Positions 50,141 to 63,412 of a stretch of DNA of 64,000 nucleotides are shown here, piece after piece. A model generated the notes under the pieces. The model saw only the letters and a program-made list of their open reading frames with translations. It did no database searches and had not been told where the DNA came from. Every line of letters starts with the position of its first letter. Position 1 is the first letter of the stretch. The position numbers and the translations under genes are program-made. The DNA comes from Schmidtea nova (Eukaryota): positions 394,382,001-394,446,000 of the forward strand of contig CM097882.1 of the NCBI GenBank assembly GCA_044892505.1, in the 5' to 3' direction.

Positions 50141-50494
50141 GTTTTTAGAAAGTGAAAATTTCTGAAATATTTTATTAAATTTCTTTTTATACTTCCTTAT
50201 CTTTTCAGAGTTTTATATTATATTATATTATATATATATATATATTCCAATAAAGTCTCTGAAATAACGCAGTTCAAACGCAATTTAACTTATTTTTCTA
50301 GCTACTGTCATTTATTTTGAGCCACATTAAATAGAAAAATAGTTTTATTAATTTTATTTTTCCATCATTGTGATTGTAGAAAAAATAACTTCTATTAAAA
50401 CCATTTGTAAAAAAATAAAACCCTATAATTAATATTTGGAATTTCTTCAACTTTAATCGAATTCCCAAAACGCCGGGCAATTTCATTTACTATA

Positions 50495-51797
50495 AGTTAA
50501 ATCAAACTCGGTTTTAAGACACTGCAATTCCTTCATAGATTTATTTAATTAAAATTTTATAAAAAGTGCCAAAATACTCAATTATTAAAACACCAGTTAA
50601 TTTTAATATTCAACTCTCCCCTTCTTAAGAACTTTTCCACTTCTTCAGCCACTCGATTCTTCTTTCTTTCGTTCCTTCTTGCGAATGTAGTTCGACTCGA
50701 TGAGGTGATAGAAATCTGATGATTTTATATGGGCAATCGTACTGCATACCATCCTTGTGTCTGTTCTGCGGTTCTTTGCGTACGAGTTCCTCCTCTCCCA
50801 CCTCAAAAATACGAGTTCCTCCCTTTGTCTTATCCATAGCTCTCATAATGTCTGCGGTTTTACTCGAGTTATATCTTGCGTCTTCTATCCATTCGCTTCT
50901 TGATATCTCTGCTTGTTTCAGGTTTTAATGTAGGTTAACACTCCGTCCATAAATTATCTCAAATGGTGATAAGCCTGTAGCACTCTGTCGACTGCTATTT
51001 ATACTGAACTCTATTCTAGGTAGAAGTTCATGCCAGTTTCTCTCTTCACACCCACCTGCCAATGTCGCTGTAATAAGATCTCTTACTGTTCGCATGGCTC
51101 GTTTGGCTAATCCATTTGATTGGTGCTGGTAAGGTGAGCTGAATTCCTGTACGATTCCAAGTTTCTGTATTCTCTGTCTTAGAAAATTCCCTTCGAAATT
51201 GCGTCTTCTATCTGTTAAAATGCTCTTTGGTTTTCCGAATCGATAGATCCAACTGTTAAGTATAGTTTTGAAAATTGTCCCTTCGTCTTGCTTCGTGATT
51301 GCGGTCAAAGATATCAATTTACTAAACCGGTCCACAATTACTAACATATATTTTTAATGGTGTTTTTTTCCATGTAGGCCACATCCATTACAATCTGTTC
51401 TAGGAATTCAGAACTACATCTAGGGATAAATATTTCCTTGGTTCTTGTCTGATCGATCTTTCTCTTAGAGCAGATATCGCAACATCGTAAACAGAGCTGA
51501 ATTGTTTCTTGCATCTTCGGCCAGTAAAATATCTTTTCCATATAATGGAATAGTTTCTTAACTCCAATATTTGTTGTTAATAATCCTGCAAAGGTTTCTG
51601 GAACTAACATTAAAATATTTTAGTTCTTTTCGACTGTTATTAATCCTCCATCAATTCTTGTATTTTTTACGTTAAATGGGAAACAATTCTTTTTGTCCCG
51701 TGCGCATTCATTTTCTAATATCTCTCGTAACTCTCGAAACCTAATGTCCTTCTGCTGTTGCTCCAATACTTTTTCCATAGCTTCTATTCTTTGGATA

Positions 51798-51856
<59 letters not shown>

Positions 51857-54800
51857 ATTTTTGACTTTCCTTCCTTGGCATCTTCATGTCGTGCTTGACA
51901 CTGGGAACAAATCATACTTTTTAATCTTGATAGCCCATCTGCATTCGAATGTTCTTCACCTTTCCGATATTTAAGTTCAAAATCATATTCAGACAAGTTA
52001 GCTAACCATGTTTGAAACTGCGGACTGATTGGTGTTTTTGTAGTGTTCATGAAAACCAATGCTTTGTGGTCGGTGCGAATTATGAATTTCTTTCCATAAA
52101 GATATTCTCTAAAATGTATGACATTCTCATGTACAGCGAGCAGTTCTTTCCTGGTTGCACAGTAACCCTTTTCATGTGATGTCATATGTCTCGAACCATA
52201 AGCTATAACAGATTCTTCTCCATATTCTTTGATTTGACTCAAAACTGCACCAATAGCTCCAAAGCTAGCGTCTGTGTCTAAGATAAATGTCCGATCTTCT
52301 CTTGGATAATCAAGGATAGGTGCTTCGCACAACCGTTCCTTCAGTATTTGGAAACTCTCATTGCATTCTTTAGTCCAAATTATATTTTTATCGCATCCAG
52401 ATGTTGCGGCATAAAGTGGTTCTGCGATTCTGGCATAGTCTTTAATAAATCTTCTATAATAGTTCGTTAATCCGAGAAACGATCTTAATTGCTTTGAACA
52501 TTTTGGTATTTCTGCTTTCTCGATCTCTTCAACTTTCTTTCTGTTTGTCTGGATACCCTTCTTGTTAACTGTGTGCCCAAGGAAACACAATTCCGTTTTT
52601 TTTTGAATTCGCATTTTTCTGGATTTATCTTCAATCCTGCCATTTGAATTCTTCTAAATATTTCCCTTAGTAGCTCATCGTGGTCTTTTTGACTTTTCCC
52701 GTAAATCAAAATATCATCTAAATAAACAACTACCCCTTTGAATAGAATTTCTTCTAGTACTTTGTGCATCAGTCCCTGGAATGTCGCAGGAGCTGTTGCT
52801 AAGCCAAACGGTAGTCTGTTAAAGCAAAATTGTCCTTCTCTTGTACTGAATGCAGTCATTTCTTGAATTTCTGGGGCCAACTCTACTTGATAGTACGCCT
52901 GGCCTAAATCAATTGACGAAAATATTTTTGCATACGCGAGACAGTCTAGTAAGAATTTGGTATTAGGCATCGGAAATGATTCCTTTTCTGTTATGGCATT
53001 CAATCCACGATAGTCTATCCTGATGGATCCATCTTTCTTCCGTACTATAACTAACGGGACATTACAAGGACTCTTACAACACCGAATAACATTTGTTTTT
53101 ATTAATTCTTTTATCAGATCTTCAATCTTTTTCTCCATGTGCATTGGTTGACGTTGAGGATGTTGCATTATTGGGCCTCCTGTTATCCGCATCTCATGTC
53201 GAACTAAATTTGTAAAGATTCCGCCGTATTTCCTGATCATTCCTTCAATGTCTTTATTATTTTCACTTGCCATTGCCATTAGTGCTTTATTTATTCTTTC
53301 TTCATCAGTGTGGATTTTGTTTATGTATGAAGTTTCTATATTATTGATCTTCACTAACTTTACTCCAAACTCTTTCATTGTATCAATACCCCCTATGAAT
53401 TCGGGCTTGATCTCTTTTACAACGACTACTGTGATATTTTTGGTCTTCTGATTCCATGTGGCCTATATATTCATATATCCCATTGCTTCTTCACCTCCAG
53501 TTGAAAATACGCCGCATAATAATATAGTACTACGTTGAAGGTCTGGTTTGCCTATTCTCACCCACAAATTCTTGCTCATGACTGTTACTGACGCTCCAGA
53601 GTCCCATAACATATCTACTTCTGTATTATTCAACAATAATTTTCTCCAACTTCTTCCATCCTTCGTCTGATACATCTCTTCTTCTGCCTCGTCTCTTCTT
53701 CGTTCATTTCTTCTTTCATAATATATTGTCTTGACTCCACCGACGAAATGAAACCCATGGAGTCGCTGATGTTTTTTCCGTTTTCTCTCAATGTAGTTTT
53801 TATTTTTCAGGAACATTGTATTTATCTTCTATATCGATGTGAGCTATTCTGAAATCCTGGCTGCTTTCGGTGTAATCTCTTCTTTCAGATTTGGAATCTT
53901 CTTCTTCTATGCACGCTATTCTTTGATATCGACATGGAACCTCTTTCCGTAACGAAAAACAATCTCTGAACCCGTGTCACTCCCTTCCACATATCAGGCA
54001 TTTATTTCCCAGTGGGCACTCATATCTTTTGTGCCCCCTTTCGCTACAGCAAAAACAATCACCTACTGTTAATTTTGGAGCCGGTGCTTGTGGTAGTCCT
54101 CTACTTTCGTTATAGATCCTTCTTGCTATATTCTTCATGGAAATTGTTGGAAGTTTCCTTTCTGAGCCATCTTGGATTCTCACATTTCTCAAAAATTGTT
54201 CTTTTGGGAATTTTTCTCGTCGACCGCGGTTATTTTCTTCGTATTGTATTGGATGTTCGTCTCTTCTTGGTCTGTGATGACTAAATGAGTATTCTGATAG
54301 TCTTCTTTGTGATGGTGTAGGTCTGGTATCTTGAGTATTCTGTTGTTTCTCATTTGCCCTCCCTCAATCACGCTAGCATATGTTCTTTTACCAATTGCTT
54401 TAATAAATTCAGTTTTATTGCTTCCGTTTTTGTTACTCTCAAAAATCTTCGCCAATGATCTCGTTTCTTCAATTTTTGTTTCTGGTTTCGTCAATAATAT
54501 CTCCCTCAATCTCGCATCACGTGCTTTATTTGGGATGAGATCTTGAACAATATCTTCATCTGATCGTCCTGAATGTTTAACTTCAGCTAAAGCTTTCCTT
54601 AATCGAATCTCGAAAGCTGCAAACCGTTCATCATCTTCCTGTTCCAGAACTGCCAATTCTCTAATTTTTTCAGTTATTGATTTCGTAATTGTGAACGTAT
54701 TTAAGAACCAAGTTTTGGCTTTCACATCTGTTGTTTCTGTTTCTCTGACATTTCCCCACAATGTCTTAGCTTCTGCCACTAATAACACATCGAAGGTGCT

Positions 54801-55117
54801 TGTCAACCGCTGTCCATTTGTCAACAGCCATTCTTCTATGTCTCTGATCGATTCTTCTGCTTCTTTCGATCCTCGTCCATCATATCGTCTGATATTCAGC
54901 GTGAGCATATCTTGGCATGATTTTGGTAAGCATTCCATTAACGTCTTTGTTGACTTCGAAACTGCATTGACATTCTGATTTTCGGTGTGGTCGCCAGTTA
55001 AATCAAACTCGGTTTTAAGACACTGCAATTCCTTCTTAGATTTATTTAATTAAAATTTTATAAAAAGTACCAAAATACTCAATTATTAAAACAACAGTAA
55101 ATTTAAATATCCAACTC
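50495..55117 (-). mobile_element. Ty3/gypsy LTR retrotransposon with 121-bp AGTT...AACT LTRs, near full length
   Basis: LTRs at 50495-50615 and 54996-55116 (6 mismatches). PBS TGGCGACCAC overlaps the LTR by 1 nt. PPT GAAGGGGAG, TATA target duplication. gag, PR (LWDSGA), RT (LPFGL, YLDD), RH and IN. Confidence 0.93.
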
Positions 55118-55159
55118 TATATAACTAATATTTTCTTAATATGTTAAAAAAATTTTTAG

Positions 55160-55411
55160 TTATCCCATTTACTGATTGTTCCTCACCGGAATATGAAAAC
55201 TTGTATTTTGGAGATCAATCTGTTACAATTGGTAATAAAAATTGCACTGAATGGAGAATTTATAACGACTCATTTACCGTAAATTCCAAATCAAATTTTG
55301 TATATGATCGTGGCGATCACAATTTTTGTCGATTCCAAGGGAAAAAAGATCCCTGGTGTTACACTGATGTTGAAAATACTGAATTTGATTATTGCTTTGT
55401 ACAAAAGTGTA
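55160..55411 (+). CDS. Exon encoding a canonical kringle domain
   Basis: TTTTTAG acceptor and GTAAGT donor, phase 1-1. DCSSPEYENLYFGDQSVTIGNKNCTEW...DHNFCRFQGKKDPWCYTDVENTEFDYCFVQKC. Confidence 0.92.
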
Positions 55412-57518
55412 GTAAGTAACATTAATATCTTTGAGCTAAAGGTTTTATTTAATATTTCTAAATGTGTTTTTTTTTATTTCCTTTTTTTATTCCTTTTCAG
55501 ACTATTTATCACTATATTTAATATAAATAAAATTAGGTAGTGGAAGCTGTGATTTTCACAATTTCTTATATTGACTTAAAGTAAATGTATTTGTAAATTG
55601 CCTTGAAGAATTTACAAATATTTTTTTGAAATATTTTTAAAGTGATTTTCTTTGTTTAAACGAAATTAGAAATATTGTTAAATGATTTTGATTAAGTTTG
55701 GTCATACCATATCTGAGATGACCTTAGAATGATGAGATAAGTTCATTAAAATAAAAATAAATCATCTTTAAATTAACATCTAGTATCATGGATGCTCAAA
55801 ATTGAACATTATTAAAGTAGGCCGCCTTATGGTGGCTAATTAATTTCTACACCAAGAAAATTATTCATTTTAAAACCTTGAGAAAATTATAAATACATCA
55901 CACTACAAAAATTTCCTTTAAAACTACATTTTTTGTGTATTGCTATTCGTATATTGCAGACATGCTTAAACTGCCACTCGTGAGCCGCATGCGGTTCTTT
56001 GACATTTTTATGGTCAATAGTTAATTAAATTGTAACTGAAATTTTAATATGTTAATGAAAATTTAAGAATTTTGTTCACAACGCCTACGTTAATGTAATT
56101 AAAGATACATTTTACATAAATTATTTTAAATAAATATTTTTTTAAAAATGCGTTTAGTCATTAATTAATCATGGTAATAAAAATTAATTTAAATTTAAGC
56201 TTACATTCAAAATCTTGCGTCTAGAGCAGGAGCTCTAAAGATTTTATTTCTTGCGACACACTTATTCAATACAAATTTTCTTGCGACAAACTTAAAAATT
56301 CTTTTTTAACATCATCGACGTTAAAAAGATAGATGAAATTTAATTAATTATATTTTAAAAATTAATAAAATTTTAAATCAAAGAGATTTATTGTTGATAT
56401 TTTTTTTAGCACAAGCTTTCAAAACATGATCTTATTTTAGAAAGACTAACACGCATTTCTGCGTCTAGATCTTTAAGTTTTAATCTATTCATTGTTTTCA
56501 TGGCTGAAAAGGCTGATTTGCATAGATATGATGTTGAAAAAGACATAATAATCGTTATTGCCTTTTTGGATATTTTTGAAATCTGGTTGATGTTGATATA
56601 CAAAATTTATTAATTCCAAGACTGCATAAATTATCTTTTAGATCAAGTTGAGATCTAATATCAATAAGTTCTTCTTTTTCTTCTAATCTCAAATTGTATG
56701 TTTAAATCTAAAATGTTTATATTAGAACAATTAAAAGGTGATATAACCCAAGAGAATTCTGTAACAGAACAGCTTGGAAAATAATTCTGAAATCCCCAGT
56801 GAAGGTTGTTTAAATTCCGAATAATCTATTATCTGAGCTTTGTTCTTAAAGTTGTATTTATTGATGCTAGTAGTTTAGATGCTTATGGAAAGCATAAAAA
56901 ATCATCATTCTCGATATAAGAATTCCGTAATGACAGTTTGTTAATAAATTCTGTTATTTTATTGCTTGATGGGATTATATTCTCCTGGGCATATTGCATA
57001 CTGGTGTTTAATATATTAATTTTTTTGAATATTTCAGAAATATATGTTATCTTTAAAATTTAGAATGGAGTCTTTGCATACATTTGTAAATATGACATTT
57101 TCCTATTCAAAACAATATCCGAGCTCATTTACTAACAATAGGAACCTTTCAAGCATATTTCCTTTGGAAAGCCATCTTACTTCTGTATGCATCAATAAAT
57201 TTTTATATTCTGAATCGTTTTCTTCACATAATATCTCAAATATCCTGGATTTTATGGGTCTCATTTTGATATAATTCACCATTTCAATAGCAGATTTCAT
57301 TACATCGGCAAATAAACCATTTTTCATAGACTTAATTACCAAAGCTTCATGATGAAGGAAACAATGTGTAAAAATAATGTCAGGATTTTGCAATTTCGCA
57401 AATGCAAGAAATCCCTTAATATGACTTGTCTTGGCTGATGCATCATCTGAGCAAATTGACATACAACATTCCCATGATTTTCCATTTTCTTGGAAATATA
57501 TATATATATATATATATA

Positions 57519-57995
57519 TAAACACGAAATTGCCAAACAATAGAAATATATTTCAAGGACATAGTCCTCATCATCAGTCAGCCATCATAATCTAAATCAA
57601 ATGTTATATACGGAAACAGTAATGACGTAATGGCTATGATTTAATGAGTTAATTAAATAATCTCAATAAATTCGTTGCTGATTGAATATTAATTGTAGGA
57701 GATTGTGATTTAATCACCAACACCTCACATAAAATTCTTTCCCATTTATTGCTTAACTTTAACAATAAATGGGAAAGAATTTTATGTGAGGCGTTGGTGA
57801 TTAAATCACAATCTCCTACAATTAAAATTCAATCAGCAACGAATTTATTGAGATTATTTAATTAACTCATTAAATCATAGCCATTACGTCATTACTGTTT
57901 CCGTATATAACATTTGATTTAGATTATGATGGCAGACTGATGATGAGGACTTGAAATATATTTCTATTATTTGGCAATTTTGTGTTTTTTTTAAT
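57519..57995. repeat. Large foldback element (~230-bp arms, ~12-nt loop) inserted in the Buster transposase
   Basis: 57519-57750 is the reverse complement of 57762-57995, with a few substitutions and one 7-nt indel. Preceded by (TA)n. Confidence 0.9.
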
Positions 57996-59116
57996 NNNNN
58001 NNNNNNNNNNNNNNNNNNNNNNNNNNNNNNNNNNNNNNNNNNNNNNNNNNNNNNNNNNNNNNNNNNNNNNNNNNNNNNNNNNNNNNNNNNNNNNNNNNNN
58101 NNNNNNNNNNNNNNNNNNNNNNNNNNNNNNNNNNNNNNNNNNNNNNNNNNNNNNNNNNNNNNNNNNNATAGTAGTTGTTTGAAATTCATTGCAAAATAAA
58201 AACTTGTCAATAAAATCTTTTTTGTAAATAAATCTAATAAAACAGACAAGTTGACTTTTTCCGGAAATATCCATACTTTTTTCTAACTGAAGTGCAAATT
58301 GCAATTTTTTAGAAATATAGTTTGAAATTCTTAATTCTATATTAGCAGACATATCCAATATTCTTCTTCTAATAGTATCATTTGAATGATGAATGGTAAT
58401 AGTACCCAGATAGCAACTTTGAACAAAAAACATTTCAAAAATACTACCAAAAAATTGCGTGATAATTCATACGGATTTATAAAGCAAATTTAAACAAAAC
58501 ACATTTCAAAAATCCTACCAAAGAAAATGCGCAATAACTCAAAGTGGTTCAAACTGGACATAGCTACCTACCTACAATTCTTTCATTATAACTACAGACA
58601 GGCAAAATTAATTCCTCTCCGATATTATGAGGTTTCCTTTTTATTGCAATCAATTCTGCGATTTTGTAATAAATCATTAGACTTATTTCAGAAATTTTAG
58701 CAAATTTTCTAAATTTGTGCTTTGATGTCTTCGAAGACTCTTTCAACTGCTCAAAATAACCAATTGGTTTAGCTTTTAAGCTTGTATGGCAAGTAACAAA
58801 ATGCCTACCAAGCCTGATTGGAACAAGAGATTCATTTGATAATTTTGCAAAACATTTTATACAAATTGGTATATGCGTTTCATTTTCAACTTTTTAATCA
58901 AATCGAAATTTTAAATAGGCATCTGTATATTTTCTTTTTGTGATTTTTAAAAATTTTTCGTTTCAATTTGCTTTGAGAGTTCATCATCCTTTTCATTTGA
59001 ATTCTTCTTTTTAATTTCAATAAATTTATCCATTAAATTTATGGGGTAATGTTTTTATATACTCTGATTTCACTTATTATTTTAGTTTGATTTTATATTT
59101 AAATAATTAAAATATG

Positions 59117-59564
59117 CAGGCCCGGCCCAAGGGCCAGGCGACCTAGGCCATAGCCTAGGGCGCCTTTTCTTTAGAGGGCGCCAAAATTTATTATAAACAA
59201 TCAAAGAAAATTATAAAATAAGCCTCCAATTAAAACTAATAAAAACGTATTTGCGATCTACTATGACGGAAGATAGGTTGAATAATTTGGCCATTATTTC
59301 AATTGAAAATAATGTTGTAGCAAACCTAAATTTGGAGGCAGCAATAGAAAAATTTGCAGACATGAAAGCCAGGAAAAAATCATTCTTATAAATTCTGTTT
59401 TTTTATATATATGTAAATCAATCGAAAAAAATGAAATGAAGTAATAAATAGATTGTTTTTTGTTAATCTTTTTTATTTTATCATAATTTTTGTACCTAAT
59501 TTTTAAAATAGGGCGCTTTTTATAATTTTCGCCTGGGGCGTATAATTATCTCGAACCGGCGCTG
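59117..59564 (+). mobile_element. 448-bp hAT MITE with perfect 8-bp TSD
   Basis: CAGGCCCGG / CCGGCGCTG ends and TSD AAAATATG at 59109-59116 and 59565-59572. Internal LKLIKTYLRSTMTEDRLNNLAIISIE remnant. Confidence 0.92.
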
Positions 59565-60774
59565 AAAATATGTAAAGCTTTAGAAACTAAAAATTAGTAA
59601 ATATAAACATAATTTTTAGATATATTATGCAATTTCAATAAATAAAAATTAAATTTAAAATTTATTAGTATTGTTTATAAACAAATAACTTTACATTCAA
59701 CAACAAATATCAGTAAAATTTCAAAAATTTCGCGATACACCAAGCAATTTCCGCGACACACTAATGTGTCGTACGACACACTTGAGAACCCATTATTTAG
59801 AGTGTTTTACTATTTTAAAACATTGCTTCCATACATAAAGCCTTCGGCTTTTCTGTTATATTGTTTTGTATTATATTACATTATGGTGATTCCTTGGTAA
59901 TAACATTAATTAAGTATTAAATAATTAATAAATAACAAAATAAGCCTTCGCTGAAACATATTTTTATTAAGAGAAAAATTTCGATCATAAAATAATAATT
60001 ATCAATCTCTGAGAGATTGATAAGGATTATTTTATAATCTAAAATATCGAACCCGGATCATATCCTGATATTCTAATGTTGTTGGGCCCATGGTATTATA
60101 ATTACAATCACTATCCGTCAATTTCCGAATTACCGACCAAAGTTAGCTGCTAAGAAGTTAAAACAATTAACAAAAATGGTCCTTGTAAGTGACTGATTTG
60201 TTGTACAGCTATCACGAGGCAATCTTTCCGAAAGCAATGGTGAATAAGAAGCTTGATAAGCTATCATATAAACTAGAATAAACTTTTCAAACTAATAGTT
60301 CTCCTGTCCATGTAAATTAAAGCCATTTGACAATTTTTCTTCCAATATCATCTTTGTAATGTCCATAACTACCAATGAATAATTAATACAAATCCCTAAA
60401 TATAATCAGTTAATATTTGACTTAAAAAATATATAAGTTAGAAAACTTATATATTTTGTAACACGATATATAACTTTCAAATCGAAAACGAAAATCTCAA
60501 ATTATTTCTTTAACGTTTTATTTAAAAATTTAAATACAATTATCCACTTTGTTTTTTAATCAAATTTTTAAAATCTTTGCACTTAACCTTTTCTTTTTCT
60601 TACAAACTACCAAATACTATTTAAATTCATTTAAGTTTAAATTATATTTTTTTATAATTATTGGCATTGATAAAAAAATAATGTAAATAAAAGCGAGGAA
60701 AACATCGTTAAAAAGCATCAAAATATTTAGAGTACAAAAATTAATTAAAATACTTGAAAAATCAAAAATTAATA

Positions 60775-61385
60775 TTTCCGGAAGAAACAGGCATGGCTGA
60801 ACGCGGAATCGAGAGAAGAACCTAAATATAATAAAAATAAAAATTATTCAGTGGTCCCTGGAGAAAGTAATACAGAAAAAACAAATTAATTAAAGTTAAT
60901 TAATTCCAAAATGGGAAACCCGAGCCAGTGGAAAACCCAAGCTATTAGGAAGCCCGAACAGTGTGGAAAACCCCGTAATGTGAAAGAAGCCGAGAATTAT
61001 AGGAAGCCCGAATAGTAAATAAAATGATTAATGTCATTAAGAGGAAACCATCACAAGGACAGGCGTGAACAATCGCTCCGGAACTACGGAAATAATTATC
61101 AAAAAGCGATTATTATGTTTGGAAAATGCCAGTATAAAAAGCAGAGTTGTTGAAAGACAAGGAACAACAATACAAAAAGAAACCAAAATTGTTTTTCCGA
61201 CAGAAGAGTGTAAATCTAGTAATAATTGTGGTTTATTGTTTTGAGAATATAAATAAATTGTTGTGTTGGGTTGGGTCAATTGATTTATAAAGAACACGAG
61301 AAGTAAGAGAACAACCGACTTGTTAAATAATAACCAAACATAATCTCCAGCTCTTTATTTAGAATTTTAATATTATTTCTGAATA
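60775..61385 (+). mobile_element. Possible LTR/leader remnant or small non-autonomous retroelement
   Basis: AATAAA followed by TTCA|GTGGTCCC (PBS-like), five GGRARCCC motifs, TATAAAAA at ~61133 and AATAAA downstream. No coding capacity recognised. Confidence 0.3.
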
Positions 61386-61427
61386 TATATATATATATAT
61401 ATATAATTTATTTTTTATTTATTCTAG

Positions 61428-62071
61428 TTACAGTCAGTTCACTAATTAAAGGTATAAATAAATTATATATTGATCAAAATGAATCATCTTGTCAAATATT
61501 AAATCCTGAAAAAATTTCCGGAGAGTGGTTTGATTGGGTTAAATTGAAAGGATTTGCATTTATTTTTCAAGGAGAAGTTCCGAATTCATTTATGAGATAC
61601 AGTTATCACTATAATGAAGAATTAAAGGCGGTAGATATTCAAGATTCTCGAGTTTATATTTGGCTAAAAAACTTCATAAATTATAAGTTTTCAGTAGACA
61701 TTTTACAATTGAATTTACCTAGGAAATTGTGTGAAATTTATTTTTACAGTTAGTTAATATTTTCGGTTTCAAATAAAATTTTTGTCTTTGGTAGTTCAAA
61801 AACTTAAAATCGATAATAGAAAATATGAATATCCTGCAAATGATTTATTTTACGTTGATAACTTATCAGAACTTAAAATACCACAACGTAATATATTTTA
61901 TTGAATTAAAGAATAATTTTGATATCATAAGAGCCATGCATGCTTGTATGTACTTTGAACCAAATTTTCTTTAGAGAATCTTTCTCACAAAATGTTTTTA
62001 GCCCCTTTTTGTCTTTAATATATTGCTACATAATATTCTGGACATTTTGTTCGATGAATATTTGTTTGTGA
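61428..62071 (+). CDS. Three candidate terminal exons (61428-61748, 61795-61887, 61932-62071) ending in a hydrophobic tail
   Basis: GT-AG introns of 46 and 44 nt, all phase 1, give a continuous frame: SSCQILNPEKISGEWFDW...KLCEIY / QKLKIDNRKYEYP... / PCMLVC...FSPFLSLIYCYIIFWTFCSMNICL*. Confidence 0.55.
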
Positions 62072-62142
62072 TTGTTATAAAAATTGTACAGAGTATAACG
62101 ATGAATACCACATTGTTAAATATAAAATTATATTATAATATA

Positions 62143-63232
62143 CACCTGGTTTCAAGCATTACAAATTTCTATAATATAAATTAAAAATAACCAATAGCAA
62201 ATGAAAACTTACGTAGGTGTTGCATTTTGACATTTCGTCGTTTAAAAATTTTAATATGTGATAGACATTCTGTAAGAAAAAATAAATTATACACACAGGC
62301 ACAACACATAATGAAATTTGCATGCAAACTTTTAAGGGTGTTATTTATTTCGCTATTAAAAATCCTATATTAAAGTTATTTATTTTTAAAATATGGTTTT
62401 TGGGTAAATATTTGGAATATTTCCTAGGGGAGTTGTCAAGAAAATAGATAAATAACATCGTAAGTTTTATTTTAATATAAAATTTCATATATTTCCGAAA
62501 CTTTATTGCAAAATGTTTTCGTTTTCAGTAGCCAACAAAAATAATTTCCTCTAATTATTTTAAAATTATAGACAATTAAACATATTTACCCTGCAATTTA
62601 GATCATTTTGAAGCCTTCAGGTAATACAGGACAATAAAAATTTGCCAATCCTTGAAATAAAAAAAATAAGCTTAATTACATTATTTCTTGGAATATCCAA
62701 AAAATATTTCATAAATAGAAATAATTACAATAATTCTTATTAAAAAATGATTTTTTAACTTACGTTAAATGAAAATAATTCCCAAAAAATGTTTAAAAAA
62801 TCATGATTCCCTAAGAAGTATCTAAAAATTAAATAAATTTAAGTGTAAAACAGCATATAAAATAGAAATATTAGTAGAACGATTAATTTCATTAATAAAC
62901 TTTTGTTAAAAAATAATTTTACTTACGTTTAATATAAAATACTCAATATAAAATACTTAATACTTAATATAAAATTTCATAAAAAATCATATTTTTCTAA
63001 AAAGCTAATAACAATAAAATAAAAATAATATAGAAGAATATAGATAAACTTTCAAAGCTTCTATAGTGATTTTATATCATTGTAAGATCAAAATAGAATC
63101 CTTAAAAGATATCTAGATAAATAAAATTACCTGATAGCCATTTTTAAAAAATAAAACAAAGCAACTATGAGTAACAAGTAGGTGTGCACACCTACTTGTA
63201 TCATAGTTATTTTTAATGCTTGAAACCAGGTG
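62143..63232. mobile_element. 1.09-kb non-autonomous TIR element with TA target duplication
   Basis: Perfect 19-bp TIR CACCTGGTTTCAAGCATTA at 62143-62161 and 63214-63232, each end flanked by TA. Confidence 0.85.
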
Positions 63233-63412
63233 TAGAAATTTTAAACACTCACCCCTGTGTTATCAGTGTGCTAACAATGAATAACACCTTTTATTACGTA
63301 GTAGAAAAAAGGATAGAAATAAATTATAAACGACAAAAAAAAGGAGTTCATGTTAGAAAATGCATACAAACTGTTAATTGGTGTAAATTTTATCAATAGA
63401 TAACAGTCAATA

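Larger units (their letters stand above)
56227..59794 (-). mobile_element. hAT Buster/Charlie-type (ZBED5/SCAND3-like) transposon, decayed, with nested inserts
   Basis: FTHCFLHHEAL, LLMHTEVRWLSKG, FALQLEKSMDISGKSQL and KPHNIGEELILP motifs. GCGACACAC subterminal motifs. NNNTANNN-type TSD GTCTAGAG/ATTTAGAG. Confidence 0.88.

Noticed and set aside
51693-51974. YIYIYI-containing ORFs (also 9912, 10844, 57103)
   Set aside because: Translations of (TA)n/(CA)n microsatellites.
59990-60420. Possible further kringle exon (minus-strand FIGSYGHYKDDIGRKIVKW)
   Set aside because: All frames contain stops, the diagnostic Cys/Trp pattern is missing and it is on the opposite strand to the gene. Left unannotated.
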